Shown here piece after piece: positions 1-10,500 of a stretch of 16,238 bases of DNA. Made by a program: the position numbers and the translations under genes. Below the pieces are notes generated by a model. The model was not told the origin of the DNA, made no database searches, and saw only the letters and a program-made list of their open reading frames with translations. Within the stretch, counting starts at the first letter, position 1; the number at the start of each line of letters is the position of its first letter. The stretch comes from Promethearchaeota archaeon (GTDB taxonomy: Archaea > Asgardarchaeota > Heimdallarchaeia > Hodarchaeales > Hodarchaeaceae), in NCBI GenBank assembly GCA_048938105.1, contig JBHLMN010000037.1, positions 1 through 16,238 on the forward strand, read 5' to 3'.

Positions 1-167
1 GCTTTCAGAATACCTAGTAATAACCTTATGGTTGTTGTTTTTCCGGCCGCATTGGGACCAACAAGACAGAAAACTTCGCTACGCTTGATCTGGAGATCGA
101 GATCATTAACAGCGATCACATCACCGAATGTTTTAACTAATCCATCTATTTGTATATCAAATGCCAT
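1..167 (-). CDS. ABC transporter ATP-binding protein, N-terminal part (runs off window start)
   Basis: Manual translation from ATG at 167: MAFDIQIDGLVKTFGDVIAVNDLDLQIKRSEVFCLVGPNAAGKTTTIRLLLGILK. Contains Walker A GPNAAGKT. Not in the ORF track because truncated. Confidence 0.93.
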   Translation of the reverse strand, partial: MAFDIQIDGLVKTFGDVIAVNDLDLQIKRSEVFCLVGPNAAGKTTTIRLLLGILK

Positions 168-192
168 GCTAACCACAACGATTTCTTTTTAA

Positions 193-210
193 TTACTACC
201 TGAGTAGTAA
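193..210. promoter_or_regulatory. Palindromic operator candidate TTACTAC-CTGA-GTAGTAA between the divergent ABC and TrmB genes
   Basis: Perfect 7-4-7 inverted repeat in a 79-bp divergent intergenic region, next to TATA-like TTTATTAA (213-220). TACT...AGTA half-sites resemble described TrmB-family sites. Confidence 0.6.
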
Positions 211-246
211 GTTTTATTAAGATTGTTATCTCTTGGAGAGCTGACT

Positions 247-1128
247 ATGGTAGGCGACCAATTGATAAAAGACCTTCAAATACTCGGTCTAACAAAATGG
301 GAAGCTCAAGTATTTGTTGAACTTGTTAAACTTGAAACCGCTGATCCATCAACATTAGTTGAACGGTCAAAAGTTCCTCAAAGCAAAATATACCACATCA
401 TGGATCTTTTAGAAAGGAAAAACCTCATCTCGAGCCAGATTGTTGGAAAAAAACGCAAATTATACCGTGTTATTCCAGTCCAGCAAGCAATAAAGATTCT
501 CTCAGATCCTTTTACTCGCGCCGTAACGACTAGTGAAGTCACCTTGAAATCACTCTACCAGTCAGATAGGTATCAAGAAACGTCAGGCCAGGAAATAAGG
601 ACAATCCGAGGGAGCCAAGCCCTTACTCTGTTTATCAATGAGATCGTAGATAACGCACTGGAAGAAATTTTCGTCATTTTTTCTGTAAAGTGTCTCATTC
701 GACACGTACCGGCCTTTATTGCTGCTATCGAGAGAGGAGTGGACGTTAAAGTAATCATCACCACGGAGGAAAATAAAATATTGTTGCACCATCCAGAATT
801 TGGTTCGTTAAAAGATCTTATCACCGATGTGTGCATAGTAAACTTGGATTTATTTTCAAATCTTGCAAAGGAGTTTTCCTCAAGTCAATCTCCAGCAGCA
901 ACAATTTTCCAGAAAATAACACGCCATATCATGCCTGTTTTTGCAATTAGACCAGATACAATTCTTGTTGATAGCCAGTTAGACAGGAAAGAATCATTGA
1001 TCATTATCAAAACTTCAAATGACCTTCATGAGAATCTCGGTATCCACTTGAAGGCAAAAGAATTCATTGACTTTCAGAGTAATCTGATCCGTATCATTTG
1101 GGAACTGTGGAGTAGCTTTGGAGTTTAA
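247..1128 (+). CDS. TrmB-family transcriptional regulator (N-terminal winged HTH plus effector-binding domain)
   Basis: LQILGLTKWEAQVFVELV...SKVPQSKIYHIMDLLERKNLI...LYRVIP is the TrmB wHTH pattern; IRTIRG...AIERGVDVKVI is the C-terminal domain pattern. ATG 247 is preferred over TTG 223 because GGAGAG precedes it. Confidence 0.9.
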   Translation: MVGDQLIKDLQILGLTKWEAQVFVELVKLETADPSTLVERSKVPQSKIYHIMDLLERKNLISSQIVGKKRKLYRVIPVQQAIKILSDPFTRAVTTSEVTLKSLYQSDRYQETSGQEIRTIRGSQALTLFINEIVDNALEEIFVIFSVKCLIRHVPAFIAAIERGVDVKVIITTEENKILLHHPEFGSLKDLITDVCIVNLDLFSNLAKEFSSSQSPAATIFQKITRHIMPVFAIRPDTILVDSQLDRKESLIIIKTSNDLHENLGIHLKAKEFIDFQSNLIRIIWELWSSFGV

Positions 1129-1273
1129 CATTTCCGTATTATCCGTGAATGGCAAAAGCAAGGATACACGAGTAATAATAGTTAGTAGTGAAAAAAAACC
1201 ATGCAGCAACACTAAGTAGTGTGAACAACCGCTATTATCTGGCAAGATGAGTTCTAGAAATAAATACGTCAAT

Positions 1274-1301
1274 TTTATATTAAACGTTGGTTATATGATC
1301 A
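1274..1301 (+). repeat. dif/Xer-like site J1: TTTATATTAAA-CGTTGG-TTATATGATCA
   Basis: Intergenic AACGTTGG core; AACGTTGGTTATAT is 14/14 identical to site J2. Confidence 0.6.
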
Positions 1302-1664
1302 AACATTACTAATAAATATTGACAATTATCATTTTGATAATTACATAGAATTATCTGATATTTCCACTAAGCTTCATATACGTTATAAACCAGCAGATTG
1401 CTCCTAAAACTACTGAAGCTACACAAACTTGCGGTGAGAAAGACTCGCGTAATGAAATCCAAATATTTCTCTGTATACAAATAAGTTTTCAAAAATAAAC
1501 AAATTTTACCACAGAACTTATAGGAAAAAATCTTATAAGAATAAAAGATCATCTTATTGTTATCCTCGTGTCAAAGAGGCAATTATATCATATATTCCAA
1601 AGTCTGCATTGATATAAGAAATTGTAAGAAAATTCAGTGTTAAACATATGGCTAGAGATCAATT

Positions 1665-2357
1665 ATGTCAAATAAACTAATATTTATTTTGCTAAAAATA
1701 TTTACAGTAGCTGCAGTACTTTTTTTCATTAATGTAATATTGATTTTATTCTTTCCTGAAGTTTATAAACATGTAAACTTCTCGATTACTCTTATATTAT
1801 TTAATATCTCTCTTGTAGTTGATAAGGCTGCTCAACCATTCCTTGTTTACGGTCAAAAAGATAAAAAAGCTAAAAAAGAGCTCTATAAAGCTCTCTCAAT
1901 GTTCCTTCTTCTCTTTATGATTCCATTTATTGTTTCTCTTCCTTATCTTGAATATTCCTTAATTCAAAAAATGATGCTCCCTCTAGAGTTAACTTGGATG
2001 TTTTGGATGTTGGGTACCCTAATGATTATAATTGGAGGACTTATTTTATGTATAAGTCGGATTATACTTGGTAGAGAAAGTTCAATAGTAATAGGGATTG
2101 AAACAGATCATAAACTAATCACCAAAGGACCTTATCACATCATTCGTCATCCTATTTATACTGGAGCATCATTTCTTTTCCTTGGTTATTCTTTTTCATT
2201 TTCTAGTCTGATTTGTTCGATTGTTATCTTGTTAATTCTTATGTTGTGGTTAGATAAAAGAATAACATTAGAAGAAAAATTGTTGATTCAAACCTTTGGA
2301 AAAGAATATCTAAACTATATGAAATATACAAAAAGACTGATCCCTTTTATTTATTAA
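1665..2357 (+). CDS. Isoprenylcysteine carboxyl methyltransferase (ICMT/Ste14)/PEMT-family membrane methyltransferase
   Basis: Multiple TM helices; motif HKLITKGPYHIIRHPIYTG and C-terminal RITLEEKLL..FGKEY..Y...TKRLIPFIY. Confidence 0.9.
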   Translation: MSNKLIFILLKIFTVAAVLFFINVILILFFPEVYKHVNFSITLILFNISLVVDKAAQPFLVYGQKDKKAKKELYKALSMFLLLFMIPFIVSLPYLEYSLIQKMMLPLELTWMFWMLGTLMIIIGGLILCISRIILGRESSIVIGIETDHKLITKGPYHIIRHPIYTGASFLFLGYSFSFSSLICSIVILLILMLWLDKRITLEEKLLIQTFGKEYLNYMKYTKRLIPFIY

Positions 2358-2776
2358 TCTTCAAGTATATTTTCCTTAGAATTAAGAATTTTATATTTTT
2401 TCTCTAATCAATGAAAAAAGAATTAGTTAAAGTCCATTAAACACCAATCTAAGTCATAGAATTCCTTTCATAAAAAACAGCATAATAAACTTAAAGTTTT
2501 AAAAATTAGTTTAAAATATGCAGGAAATCGCATTATATAAAGATAAAGCTAAGAATCAGAAAATCTTTATTCGTGGTCTTCAGCTGACTTGATATACTCT
2601 ATGAAATTTTTTTGTTCCTTACTCTCTCACCTTTGTTGCATCACCAAGGTTTAAACTTTCTAAAAATGTTATAACGGTGCCATGTGTAGTTAATTCTATC
2701 AAAAAAATAGAAGCCCACCCAATATCTGAAAAAAGGCTTAGAGTTACTATGATTAACGAAAATTGAGATAAACTTT

Positions 2777-4462
2777 CTAAAAATATTCACGTTCATTAAT
2801 TTTCTTAATACATATAACATACATAATACAAATTAATGACAAATATAGACTAATGATAACAATATCTTCCAAAATAATTGTTTCTTCATAAAGTATCCTG
2901 ATTCTATCAATCCAGTAAAAAGGGGTCAGAGTAGAGAGGAACTTAATTTGATCAATAGTATATGCCAGCATAAATACCAATAGAATGCCAAAATAAGTTA
3001 TTCCTGAAATTGTAACTGCTTTTTCAGGATTTTTTATAAATATAGACAATAGTACAATTAAAAAGGTCATTGTAATTACTACTAGAAATGTAAGGAAGAT
3101 TCCAATTCCCAAAATAGGAATATACTTGAAACCATTTCCATATAACATGATTCCTACAATATATGCAAGATAATTCAATAGAAAAACGGTGAAAATTTCT
3201 AAACTTATCGCAGCTAACCTTTCTTTTAATATTTTAGAGGTAGGCTTTGAATGTGCAAATAATAAATCTAGAGTGTTTGATTTCTGATCTCGAATAATTA
3301 TTTTTGACCCTAAAAACATTGAAATTATTCCTGAATAAAGGAAATACTCTCCGAAGCCTTCAGTGGCAATGTATCCAATGAATGAGTTTGCAACACCATG
3401 ATTTCGTAAAATTGCGCTCATTAAGATATCTATTGAACTGTAGGTCTTTGATAGACCAACCCATGCTTCATCTCCAGGATACATTGAAGGTGTAACAAGA
3501 CCTGAAATTGTCATGATCAACGCAAATAGGTAAATGAATGCTTTATCTGATTGCAATTGCTCAATAAAACTCGGGAATCGGTGTTGTAATCTTCTAACAA
3601 AAAAGAAAAGGAATGGAATTCCTTTTTCTTTGGATTTTTTTTCGTTAATCTTATGAGAAAAGTGAGGAATAAGATCTTTCCGATCATTAATTACAAGAAT
3701 CATTCCAAATATTAAGATAGAAAAAATAAGAAGATAAAAAGCCTTATCCCAAACGACCTGTCCAATAGAAGGTTTTAGAATTGTAGAGGCACTATCATAA
3801 TAATAGAAAACTTGAAAATATTTCAGGAATTCTAATTCTTCGGAAAATAATACAATCAGACCAATTATGAATGATCCTACAATTATAGTACCAATATAAC
3901 GTTTTGCACGACCAGAATCTAAGAATAAAACAGCAAATAGGACACTGAGTAGTCCTATAAAAACAAGCAGTGTAAATAATTGAAAACACGATGCAGATAA
4001 TAATTCAATGGAAATATTTTGGCCAATTACAAGGGATAAAAGATAAATAAGAAGGAATAAATAAACAATCGATCCAAAAGACATTGATAAAACAGCTAAA
4101 ATTTTTTCCAGTAAGATTTTTCTCCTAGTTATCGGATTGGACATTAATAAATCGATTGTATTATCATCATTATCCTTAGAAAAGACGTTTGTACCCACGA
4201 GTGCGGGGATTGCTGTATATAAAATTCCAATATAGCTAAATAGAAACAATGCCAACCAGAAACGATATTCACCTCCCTCTCCATAAACGATCCCATAAAT
4301 CGCCTCCCAGTCTCCCATATCCTCTAAACCAGTGATCTGTTCGACAGCTGCTTCATCACCTGGATAAATCATAATCATTAATACTATAAATACCGTTGAA
4401 AAGAATAAAAAAGCAAGCATTAATCCTTTTTCTTGTTTGAGGCTATCTAGAAAAACCTTCAT
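2777..4462 (-). CDS. ABC-2 type exporter permease with two tandem permease domains
   Basis: About 12 TM segments; duplicated motifs YPGDEA, DNTIDLLMSNPITRRKILLEK / SNTLDLLFAHSKPTSKILKER, FYYYD / FYWID. ATG directly follows the ATPase stop (TAAATG). Confidence 0.88.
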   Translation of the reverse strand: MKVFLDSLKQEKGLMLAFLFFSTVFIVLMIMIYPGDEAAVEQITGLEDMGDWEAIYGIVYGEGGEYRFWLALFLFSYIGILYTAIPALVGTNVFSKDNDDNTIDLLMSNPITRRKILLEKILAVLSMSFGSIVYLFLLIYLLSLVIGQNISIELLSASCFQLFTLLVFIGLLSVLFAVLFLDSGRAKRYIGTIIVGSFIIGLIVLFSEELEFLKYFQVFYYYDSASTILKPSIGQVVWDKAFYLLIFSILIFGMILVINDRKDLIPHFSHKINEKKSKEKGIPFLFFFVRRLQHRFPSFIEQLQSDKAFIYLFALIMTISGLVTPSMYPGDEAWVGLSKTYSSIDILMSAILRNHGVANSFIGYIATEGFGEYFLYSGIISMFLGSKIIIRDQKSNTLDLLFAHSKPTSKILKERLAAISLEIFTVFLLNYLAYIVGIMLYGNGFKYIPILGIGIFLTFLVVITMTFLIVLLSIFIKNPEKAVTISGITYFGILLVFMLAYTIDQIKFLSTLTPFYWIDRIRILYEETIILEDIVIISLYLSLICIMYVICIKKINEREYF

Positions 4463-5371
4463 TTATTTTCCCCCAGATCTATTCTTAAGATCATAAAAAT
4501 GCATAAAATAGTCTTCAAGAGACGGTTCCGGTGCATAAAATCTTTCTATGGGGAATCTGGAAATTTTTTCAAGAAACGTATGAAAATCGCCCTTTACTAT
4601 CGAAATTAGCTCATTTTTATCTTGAGATAATACCGTTATATTGGGATCTTGGAGTAATGAGGGATTAACCTCGGATTTAAAATCAATATGAACTTTCTGT
4701 ACTACCTGTTGGTCAAGTTTTGAAACATCCATGGTTGAAATAATTTCACCCTCTCGAATTATAGACACTATATTAGCAATTTTCTGAATTTCTCCAAGAA
4801 AATGACTAGAAATAAAAAATGTTTTTCCGTTTTCTACTTCTTCAGTTATTAAATCATATAAAACCTGTTGCATTAAAGGATCTAATCCACTCGAAGGCTC
4901 ATCAAAAATATAAAAATCAGGATCATGCATAAACGCTTGAACTATAGCTACTTTTTGCCTATTCCCCCTGCTTAACGTTTTGGTGTTTTTCGTAATATCT
5001 AAATCAAATAATTTCACCATTTCTTCCATTCGTGAAGATGGCCGATTTGATCTGAGAGAAGTAAAATAATCAAGCATTTGTTTGACAGTTAAATGTCCAT
5101 ATAAAGCCACATCACCGGGAATATATCCAATTCTATCATGAATTTGAACATTCGATCGATCAACAGGAATTCCGAATAATTTTACTTCCCCACTTGATGG
5201 CTTAAGAATACTGAGAATAATTCTAATGGTGGTGGTTTTTCCCGCTCCATTTGGCCCTAAAAATCCGTAAACAGTTCCTGTTTCAACAGTAATATTGATA
5301 TTATTTACCGCAAGGAGTTTTCCATAATATTTATAGAGATTCTTAATTTCAAGAACTACTTGTTCAGTCAT
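4463..5371 (-). CDS. ABC-2 type exporter ATP-binding protein
   Basis: Walker A GPNGAGKTT, signature LSRGNRQK, Walker B/D-loop YIFDEPSSGLDP, H-loop SSH, C-terminal PSLEDYFM. Confidence 0.96.
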   Translation of the reverse strand: MTEQVVLEIKNLYKYYGKLLAVNNINITVETGTVYGFLGPNGAGKTTTIRIILSILKPSSGEVKLFGIPVDRSNVQIHDRIGYIPGDVALYGHLTVKQMLDYFTSLRSNRPSSRMEEMVKLFDLDITKNTKTLSRGNRQKVAIVQAFMHDPDFYIFDEPSSGLDPLMQQVLYDLITEEVENGKTFFISSHFLGEIQKIANIVSIIREGEIISTMDVSKLDQQVVQKVHIDFKSEVNPSLLQDPNITVLSQDKNELISIVKGDFHTFLEKISRFPIERFYAPEPSLEDYFMHFYDLKNRSGGK

Positions 5372-5411
5372 TTAAACCAACTCTTGAGTACTTTTAAGCA
5401 CTTATCAATAT

Positions 5412-5423
5412 CTACTGGAGTAG
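5412..5423. promoter_or_regulatory. Second CTAC-N4-GTAG palindrome upstream of the ABC operon
   Basis: CTACTGGAGTAG matches CTACCTGAGTAG (196-207) at 10/12; both lie 29-41 bp upstream of minus-strand ABC ATPase starts. Confidence 0.45.
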
Positions 5424-5728
5424 TTTTCTTGAAAACATATAAGGTTTATGTTCTTGACTATTGAGAACATTTAAAACTGGTTATCTTCACATTTGAGAAC
5501 ATTTTAACTAATATAGATCTAAAATTCCAATTAAAAAGGGACTTAAGAAGATTCGACTATTGCTTCAACTTTTGGCCAGTTGTAACTAAATAATGCTTCT
5601 ATAGAATATTTTATAACGAAAATTAATGTCAAGAGAATTAATAAAATCATAAGTATAACAAAAATATCCAGTACAGGCATGTTCTATCCATACGATTTAT
5701 CAATGAAAAAACGCATATCGATACATAC

Positions 5729-5808
5729 AATGTCATTTATCAAAGGTTAAACGACATTCAGACTATATAAAGAAAATATAAAGACTTTCGTGAGCATAAC
5801 GTTGGTTA
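5729..5808 (+). repeat. 80-bp direct repeat, copy 1 (module right end, type b)
   Basis: 75/80 identical, ungapped, to 13670-13749; contains AATGTC-N18-GACATT and TATATAAA; ends in site J2. Confidence 0.95.
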
Positions 5809-5816
5809 TATTCAAA
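5789..5816 (+). repeat. dif/Xer-like site J2: CGTGAGCATAA-CGTTGG-TTATATTCAAA
   Basis: 11-6-11 layout with ATAA/TTAT inner inverted repeat; arms match E. coli dif arms (GGTGCGCATAA / TTATGTTAAAT) at 9/11 and 8/11. Confidence 0.7.
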
Positions 5817-6155
5817 AATGACTTCATTCTAAAATCAAAAACCTGTATAATCTATAATTTTACCATGTATGAACTACTTATTACGTAAAATCTTACCAAA
5901 GAAATGCATTATTCTGTGTACGAAAAGTTGCTGTTGATGTTTGTTGTTAAAACTTGTTTTCATTTGATGATGATGTCGCTTTAATGTACCTTCTCTCTTG
6001 TTTTTTCTTATCATATAGCTAGATAATTACCTTTTTAAGGACTAAAGCGAACTAGAATGAATGTTCAATGGTATAAAATGGAAAAATGGTCATCAAGAGT
6101 ATTGCGGAAGTTCGTCTTATTAAAAAGATTCAGTAGAAGGATGTAGGTTATCTTA

Positions 6156-7331
6156 ATGAATGGAGGGTTAATTCAAATTTTGAAGGCCAAACGAACTATT
6201 ATTATAGGTGTTCTCATTCTTATTATTATTGTATGGGGATTTCTCTCTTCAATTGTGATTAGTCTTCAGGTGCCCTTTGCTTTATACCTTGAATTTTCAG
6301 AGAATCCGTGGCAACCAATTAGCTCTGAGACTTATCCTGAAACAGGTGTTAAAGCTATTGATTTTGTTGATTCATATCATGGTTGGATCGCAGGTGAAAA
6401 CGGAATGATTATGGCTACTACAGACGGGGGGAAATCTTGGAAGGAACAACAATCAGGAATTAACTCTAGTATTACAGTTATTGACTTCTTTAATACTGTT
6501 ATCGGGGTAGCCATAAGTGAATATGATGTTCTCATTACGTACAATGGAGGTCTAACATGGACTGTACTGCAAGAGCTTCTCTATGAGCATCCATCTTTTG
6601 GGCTGCAAAGAGCACATTTATGGGATATAGTTTTAAGCGATGAACATACGGCCTGGGTTCTCGGAACAATGGGAACTTTTTTTCGAGTTGATATCTACAA
6701 TCAAAATTGGACTTGGGTTTCAAAAATTTCCCTCTACCTTCATTATTTAGCAATGGTGAATAACACTCATGGTTGGGCAACAGGGGGATTTAGTGCGATT
6801 GTTAGAACTATAGATGGGTGGCAAACATATGAAATTCAAGATGTAGGAGTTTTACAAAACTTTTATGGGATCTTCTTCTGGGATGTGCACAAAGGTTGGG
6901 TGGTGGGTTCTGATCATACGATTCTAGCCACAACTGATGGCGGGCAACACTGGCGACTTCAATACACTTACCGTCCATTTCTTGCAGAAGATGAGGTTGC
7001 ATTACTTGACATTTTCTTTATTACAGAGTTACAGGGTTGGGCTGTCGGTGATGGTGGTATCCATTATACCAAGGATGGCGGAAAATCGTGGTATAATCTG
7101 GGAGAAGAGACATGGGGGCCTTCCAGAATTGCTTTTGCTAATGAAACTCATGGTTGGGCAGTCTGGTCTCGCAAAGAACGCAGTTATTTCACCTCAGTTG
7201 GAGGTGTACCATCGATTGACGAGAATCTGCTAAATCTTGTAGCAACAATCTTTATATTCATTGGTATCTTCATTCCAGTCATCTTAACTATCACTTTGAT
7301 GCTCTTTCAACAAAAAAAAGCCTTACGATGA
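6156..7331 (+). CDS. Membrane-anchored YCF48-like / BNR (Asp-box) beta-propeller protein
   Basis: Repeats TTDGGKSW, TYNGGLTW, TIDGWQTY, TTDGGQHW, TKDGGKSW with GW(I/A/V)xG strands; N-terminal signal/TM segment and C-terminal TM followed by KK. Confidence 0.88.
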   Translation: MNGGLIQILKAKRTIIIGVLILIIIVWGFLSSIVISLQVPFALYLEFSENPWQPISSETYPETGVKAIDFVDSYHGWIAGENGMIMATTDGGKSWKEQQSGINSSITVIDFFNTVIGVAISEYDVLITYNGGLTWTVLQELLYEHPSFGLQRAHLWDIVLSDEHTAWVLGTMGTFFRVDIYNQNWTWVSKISLYLHYLAMVNNTHGWATGGFSAIVRTIDGWQTYEIQDVGVLQNFYGIFFWDVHKGWVVGSDHTILATTDGGQHWRLQYTYRPFLAEDEVALLDIFFITELQGWAVGDGGIHYTKDGGKSWYNLGEETWGPSRIAFANETHGWAVWSRKERSYFTSVGGVPSIDENLLNLVATIFIFIGIFIPVILTITLMLFQQKKALR

Positions 7332-7440
7332 TAGTAGTATGTTTTTCTCGACCGATTTCTCCTTGTTTTCCTTGGTTTTGTGCGCTGGGCCTTTTCCCCT
7401 GTTTTCTCTTTTCTTTTTTGACCTGTCTTAATCATGTTTA

Positions 7441-7468
7441 ATGGCGTATAACGTTGGTCAGATACATT
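7441..7468 (+). repeat. dif/Xer-like site J3: ATGGCGTATAA-CGTTGG-TCAGATACATT
   Basis: AACGTTGGTCAGATACATT is 18/19 identical to site J4; lies between convergent genes. Confidence 0.65.
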
Positions 7469-7507
7469 AATGTATAATTCTCTCAATTTAGATTTAGATA
7501 GTGAATT

Positions 7508-10500
7508 CTATTTTGTGCTTTGGATATATGGTTTATTTTTTTCCTGATATTTTTCCCATTTTTTGCGTTCTGAACGCAATTTAAAGAGGTCTACATCTTT
7601 ATAGATAATGCTTTCCTCTTTTTTTGGGATAGTTCGTTCAATACGCTCCTTTTCAGGAGTGTATATTAGGGAATCACCGTATTCCGCAATGTTTGCGAAG
7701 AAACAGTAAGCATAAATTGATCTACGAGCGTCAAAGTGTGCTGCTTTGAAATCAGCTGTGACAGGAGTGAAAGCTGGGTTAAAGATTAAATCTACTGGCG
7801 GTTCAAAGTTTTTCAATTCTACCCTTAGATCCATATCGAGAAAGTCTCTGCAAATGACGATTGCAATCCTTCCAAACTCTGTGTTGCAGACGATGGTTTT
7901 TTGTGGGACAGTTCCCACATCTATTCCCTCTTTGAATCGTTTTCCCTTATAATGTAAAGAAGCTGGGATGTGTTTTTCTTGTTCCCAAAGGATTCCATTA
8001 GTATTTATAACTAAGCTAATATTTCTTTTTGTATTTTGATCATGAAAAGAGCCTGGAATTATGTACATATCGTATGCTTTAGCAAGATTTGATATGTCTT
8101 CTAGTAGTTGATTGTAATTGAGATCGATGGTCAGTTCTGGGAAGAGTAAGATATTGACTCCTTTTGAGAAAGCGATTTCTATCATGTTTTTAACCTTCGA
8201 TCGTACGATTTCAATCTTATCCTTCTGAATACCGAAAAAACCTGGGGTTTTTTCGTCGTATAAATCGCTTAGGATATCTCCTGTTTTTGATACGCCTATT
8301 TGAGCGATAGCAACTCTACACTCCCTTCTCTGGATCCTGGGGAACTCTTTGAGTAAGTCTCTATAGACTAGTTCATATTTCTTTTTTAGCAGCTTTTCCT
8401 CTGCTGCTCTCCTTACTTCTTCTGTGAATTGTTGTACCTCACGATAATCTGGTGATAAGCTGGTTTCTATGGGACTGGTAGGAGTAACTATCCCTATAGT
8501 GCTTTTAGAGATGGAGGGTTCTTTAATAGTGTTTAAGGCAGAAACCAGTATTTTCTCTTCCTTTTGCACCATATCTAGGCGTTCTAAGACCTCAATCTCC
8601 TTACTACTGTAACCAGCTTTGTTGAAGAGTTCTGCTGCAGATTTTAAATACCTAGATACGATTCCTAACAGCTTTTGTTTTTTATCAAGCCTTATTTCCG
8701 TGTCTGTTTGGATTAAGTGCCAAACTGCATCGAAATAGGTTGACGTTGCTAAAGCCCATTCAGCTCCACTTTCAAATCCCCCCTTCTGATATGAAGATGC
8801 TGCTTTTCTAAGTATCATCTTTATTTTTGGGTATAACTGGGCTTTATTTTGTATTTCAGATGACTCGTCAAACTTGTAGCCATATTCCAGTGCTTGGCAG
8901 AAAGCTGAGTTACCTGAGGCCAGTAACTTTAATTTACTGTCGGTGAAGAGTTTGCTGGCTTTTGAAAATTGGGTTGCCGCTTCTGCGAACCTGTCGGGAT
9001 CCTCATATTGTTCTGCGAGATCCATGCTTTCCCACGCTCTACAGAGGTAGTAACCCGCTTCAAGTTCCCCTCGCTCCTGCTTCGTTTTAATTAAAGTGAA
9101 AACCTCTCTGAATTGAGAAGCTGCAGAGCCGAATTTTTCTGCAGCTGCGAGAAGCTTTCCCTGTTTTTCTAGAATTCTTGCCCTTTCAATAGTAGCTCTG
9201 GCGGAACAATAGAGTATTCTTACATTAGCTACTTTTTCAAGGTTATCGAGTCGTATTCTTTCCCTTTTATCTGTAGACTGCTTGGAAGCTTTTTTCAGCG
9301 TTTTTATGGCATTGAAGAAGCTTTTTCTGGTCGTTTCATATCTCTCTATGGCTTTTTCATGTCTTTCGTTCTTACTGAGTTGTTCTGCTTCCTCTTGTAA
9401 AGCCCAAGAAATATAATAGGGTGCTTCATATTTGTAGCTAGGAAGTTCTTCAAGAATCTCACATCCCTTATTATAGGTTTTTTTAGCTTTAAGATGGTTT
9501 TCCTTTTTGTGATAGGCTTTTGCTCTCTGGATTAGGCTCCATGCTTGTGTGTACTCTATTTTTTCTTTAACTCTGTCTTTTAGGGGTTCATATTCGATAT
9601 TTTTCAATGACTCTGTGTAAGCTTCTTGAGCTCTTTCATAATGTTCTGCAGAAACGATGTGATTCCCCAATCGATCATCAAGGTGCGCGATGTATTCGTG
9701 AGCTGCAGCTGCGTGGGAATGATACCCTCTTTCATGGCATTCTTTGACCACGTTTTGGAATGTTTCCCTTGCATTCATTAGCGATTTGGTTTCCTCGGTC
9801 GTGATACCAAGTTCTTCGTAGAGGAGCCCTACTCGCATTTGAGCAGCAATAATACCAGTGCGAGACTCAATGGAATATGTAACGTACTTTTTAGCAGCAT
9901 CTATAGCCATTGATAACATTTTAATTCTTTCTTCTTTGTTATTAGCGATGTCTGCAAGAGTTTTGTAAGCTCTATAGAGAGAGGAGGAGCCGTGAGTCCT
10001 AGACCATCCCCCTTCGTACTTTTCTGCAATATTTTCTGCCTGTTTCGCGTATTGAAGCATCTTCTTAGAATATTCGTCCCGTTCATCCTTTGTGGTCGCG
10101 ATAGTTGCTAATTGCGAGTAAGACCATGTCAATGCTTGATGTATCCAAACCGAAAATGGTAAAAAAGAAAAAATCTTTAAGCACTCTTTCGCGTATTCTA
10201 TTGCCTTTTCAGCATAAGATTTCCTTTGGGCTGGGGTGAAAACACTCCTTTGAGCAAAGTACATATGAGTAAATGCAGGGTAATAGTTCGAATAGAAAGA
10301 CCAGATACTATATAAACCTGAAAATATTTTTCCTAGCTTAACAATTTCGTCAAGGTCATCTGTTACCCTCTTCAGGAAGTAATTGAGTCTACCCGAAATT
10401 GAGATAGCCCAAGAAATGTAAAATATTAGCTCAATTATTAGAGATTTATCTTTTGTTTTCCTAATGAAAGCCAAAGCTTTTTCCAGTGACTGTATCCCTT

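Noticed and set aside
573-1552. Short track ORFs 573-836, 583-792, 1015-1272, 1367-1552
   Set aside because: Antisense to trmB or low-complexity intergenic frames with no recognisable motifs.
5794-5935. Classical integron attC sites (GCATAAC/GTATAAC look like R'' boxes)
   Set aside because: No matching R' (GTTRRRY) with paired L boxes at a suitable distance for J2-J5. Genes lie in both orientations with long non-coding flanks. The 11-6-11 model fits better, though IntegronFinder should confirm.
6156-7331. Photosystem II assembly function for the YCF48-like protein
   Set aside because: The fold is widespread in non-phototrophs and there is no photosynthesis context here.
7307-7435. 42-aa very basic minus-strand ORF (MIKTGQKRKEK...)
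   Set aside because: Explained by the T/C-rich, terminator-like tract downstream of the YCF48 gene; it overlaps that gene's end.
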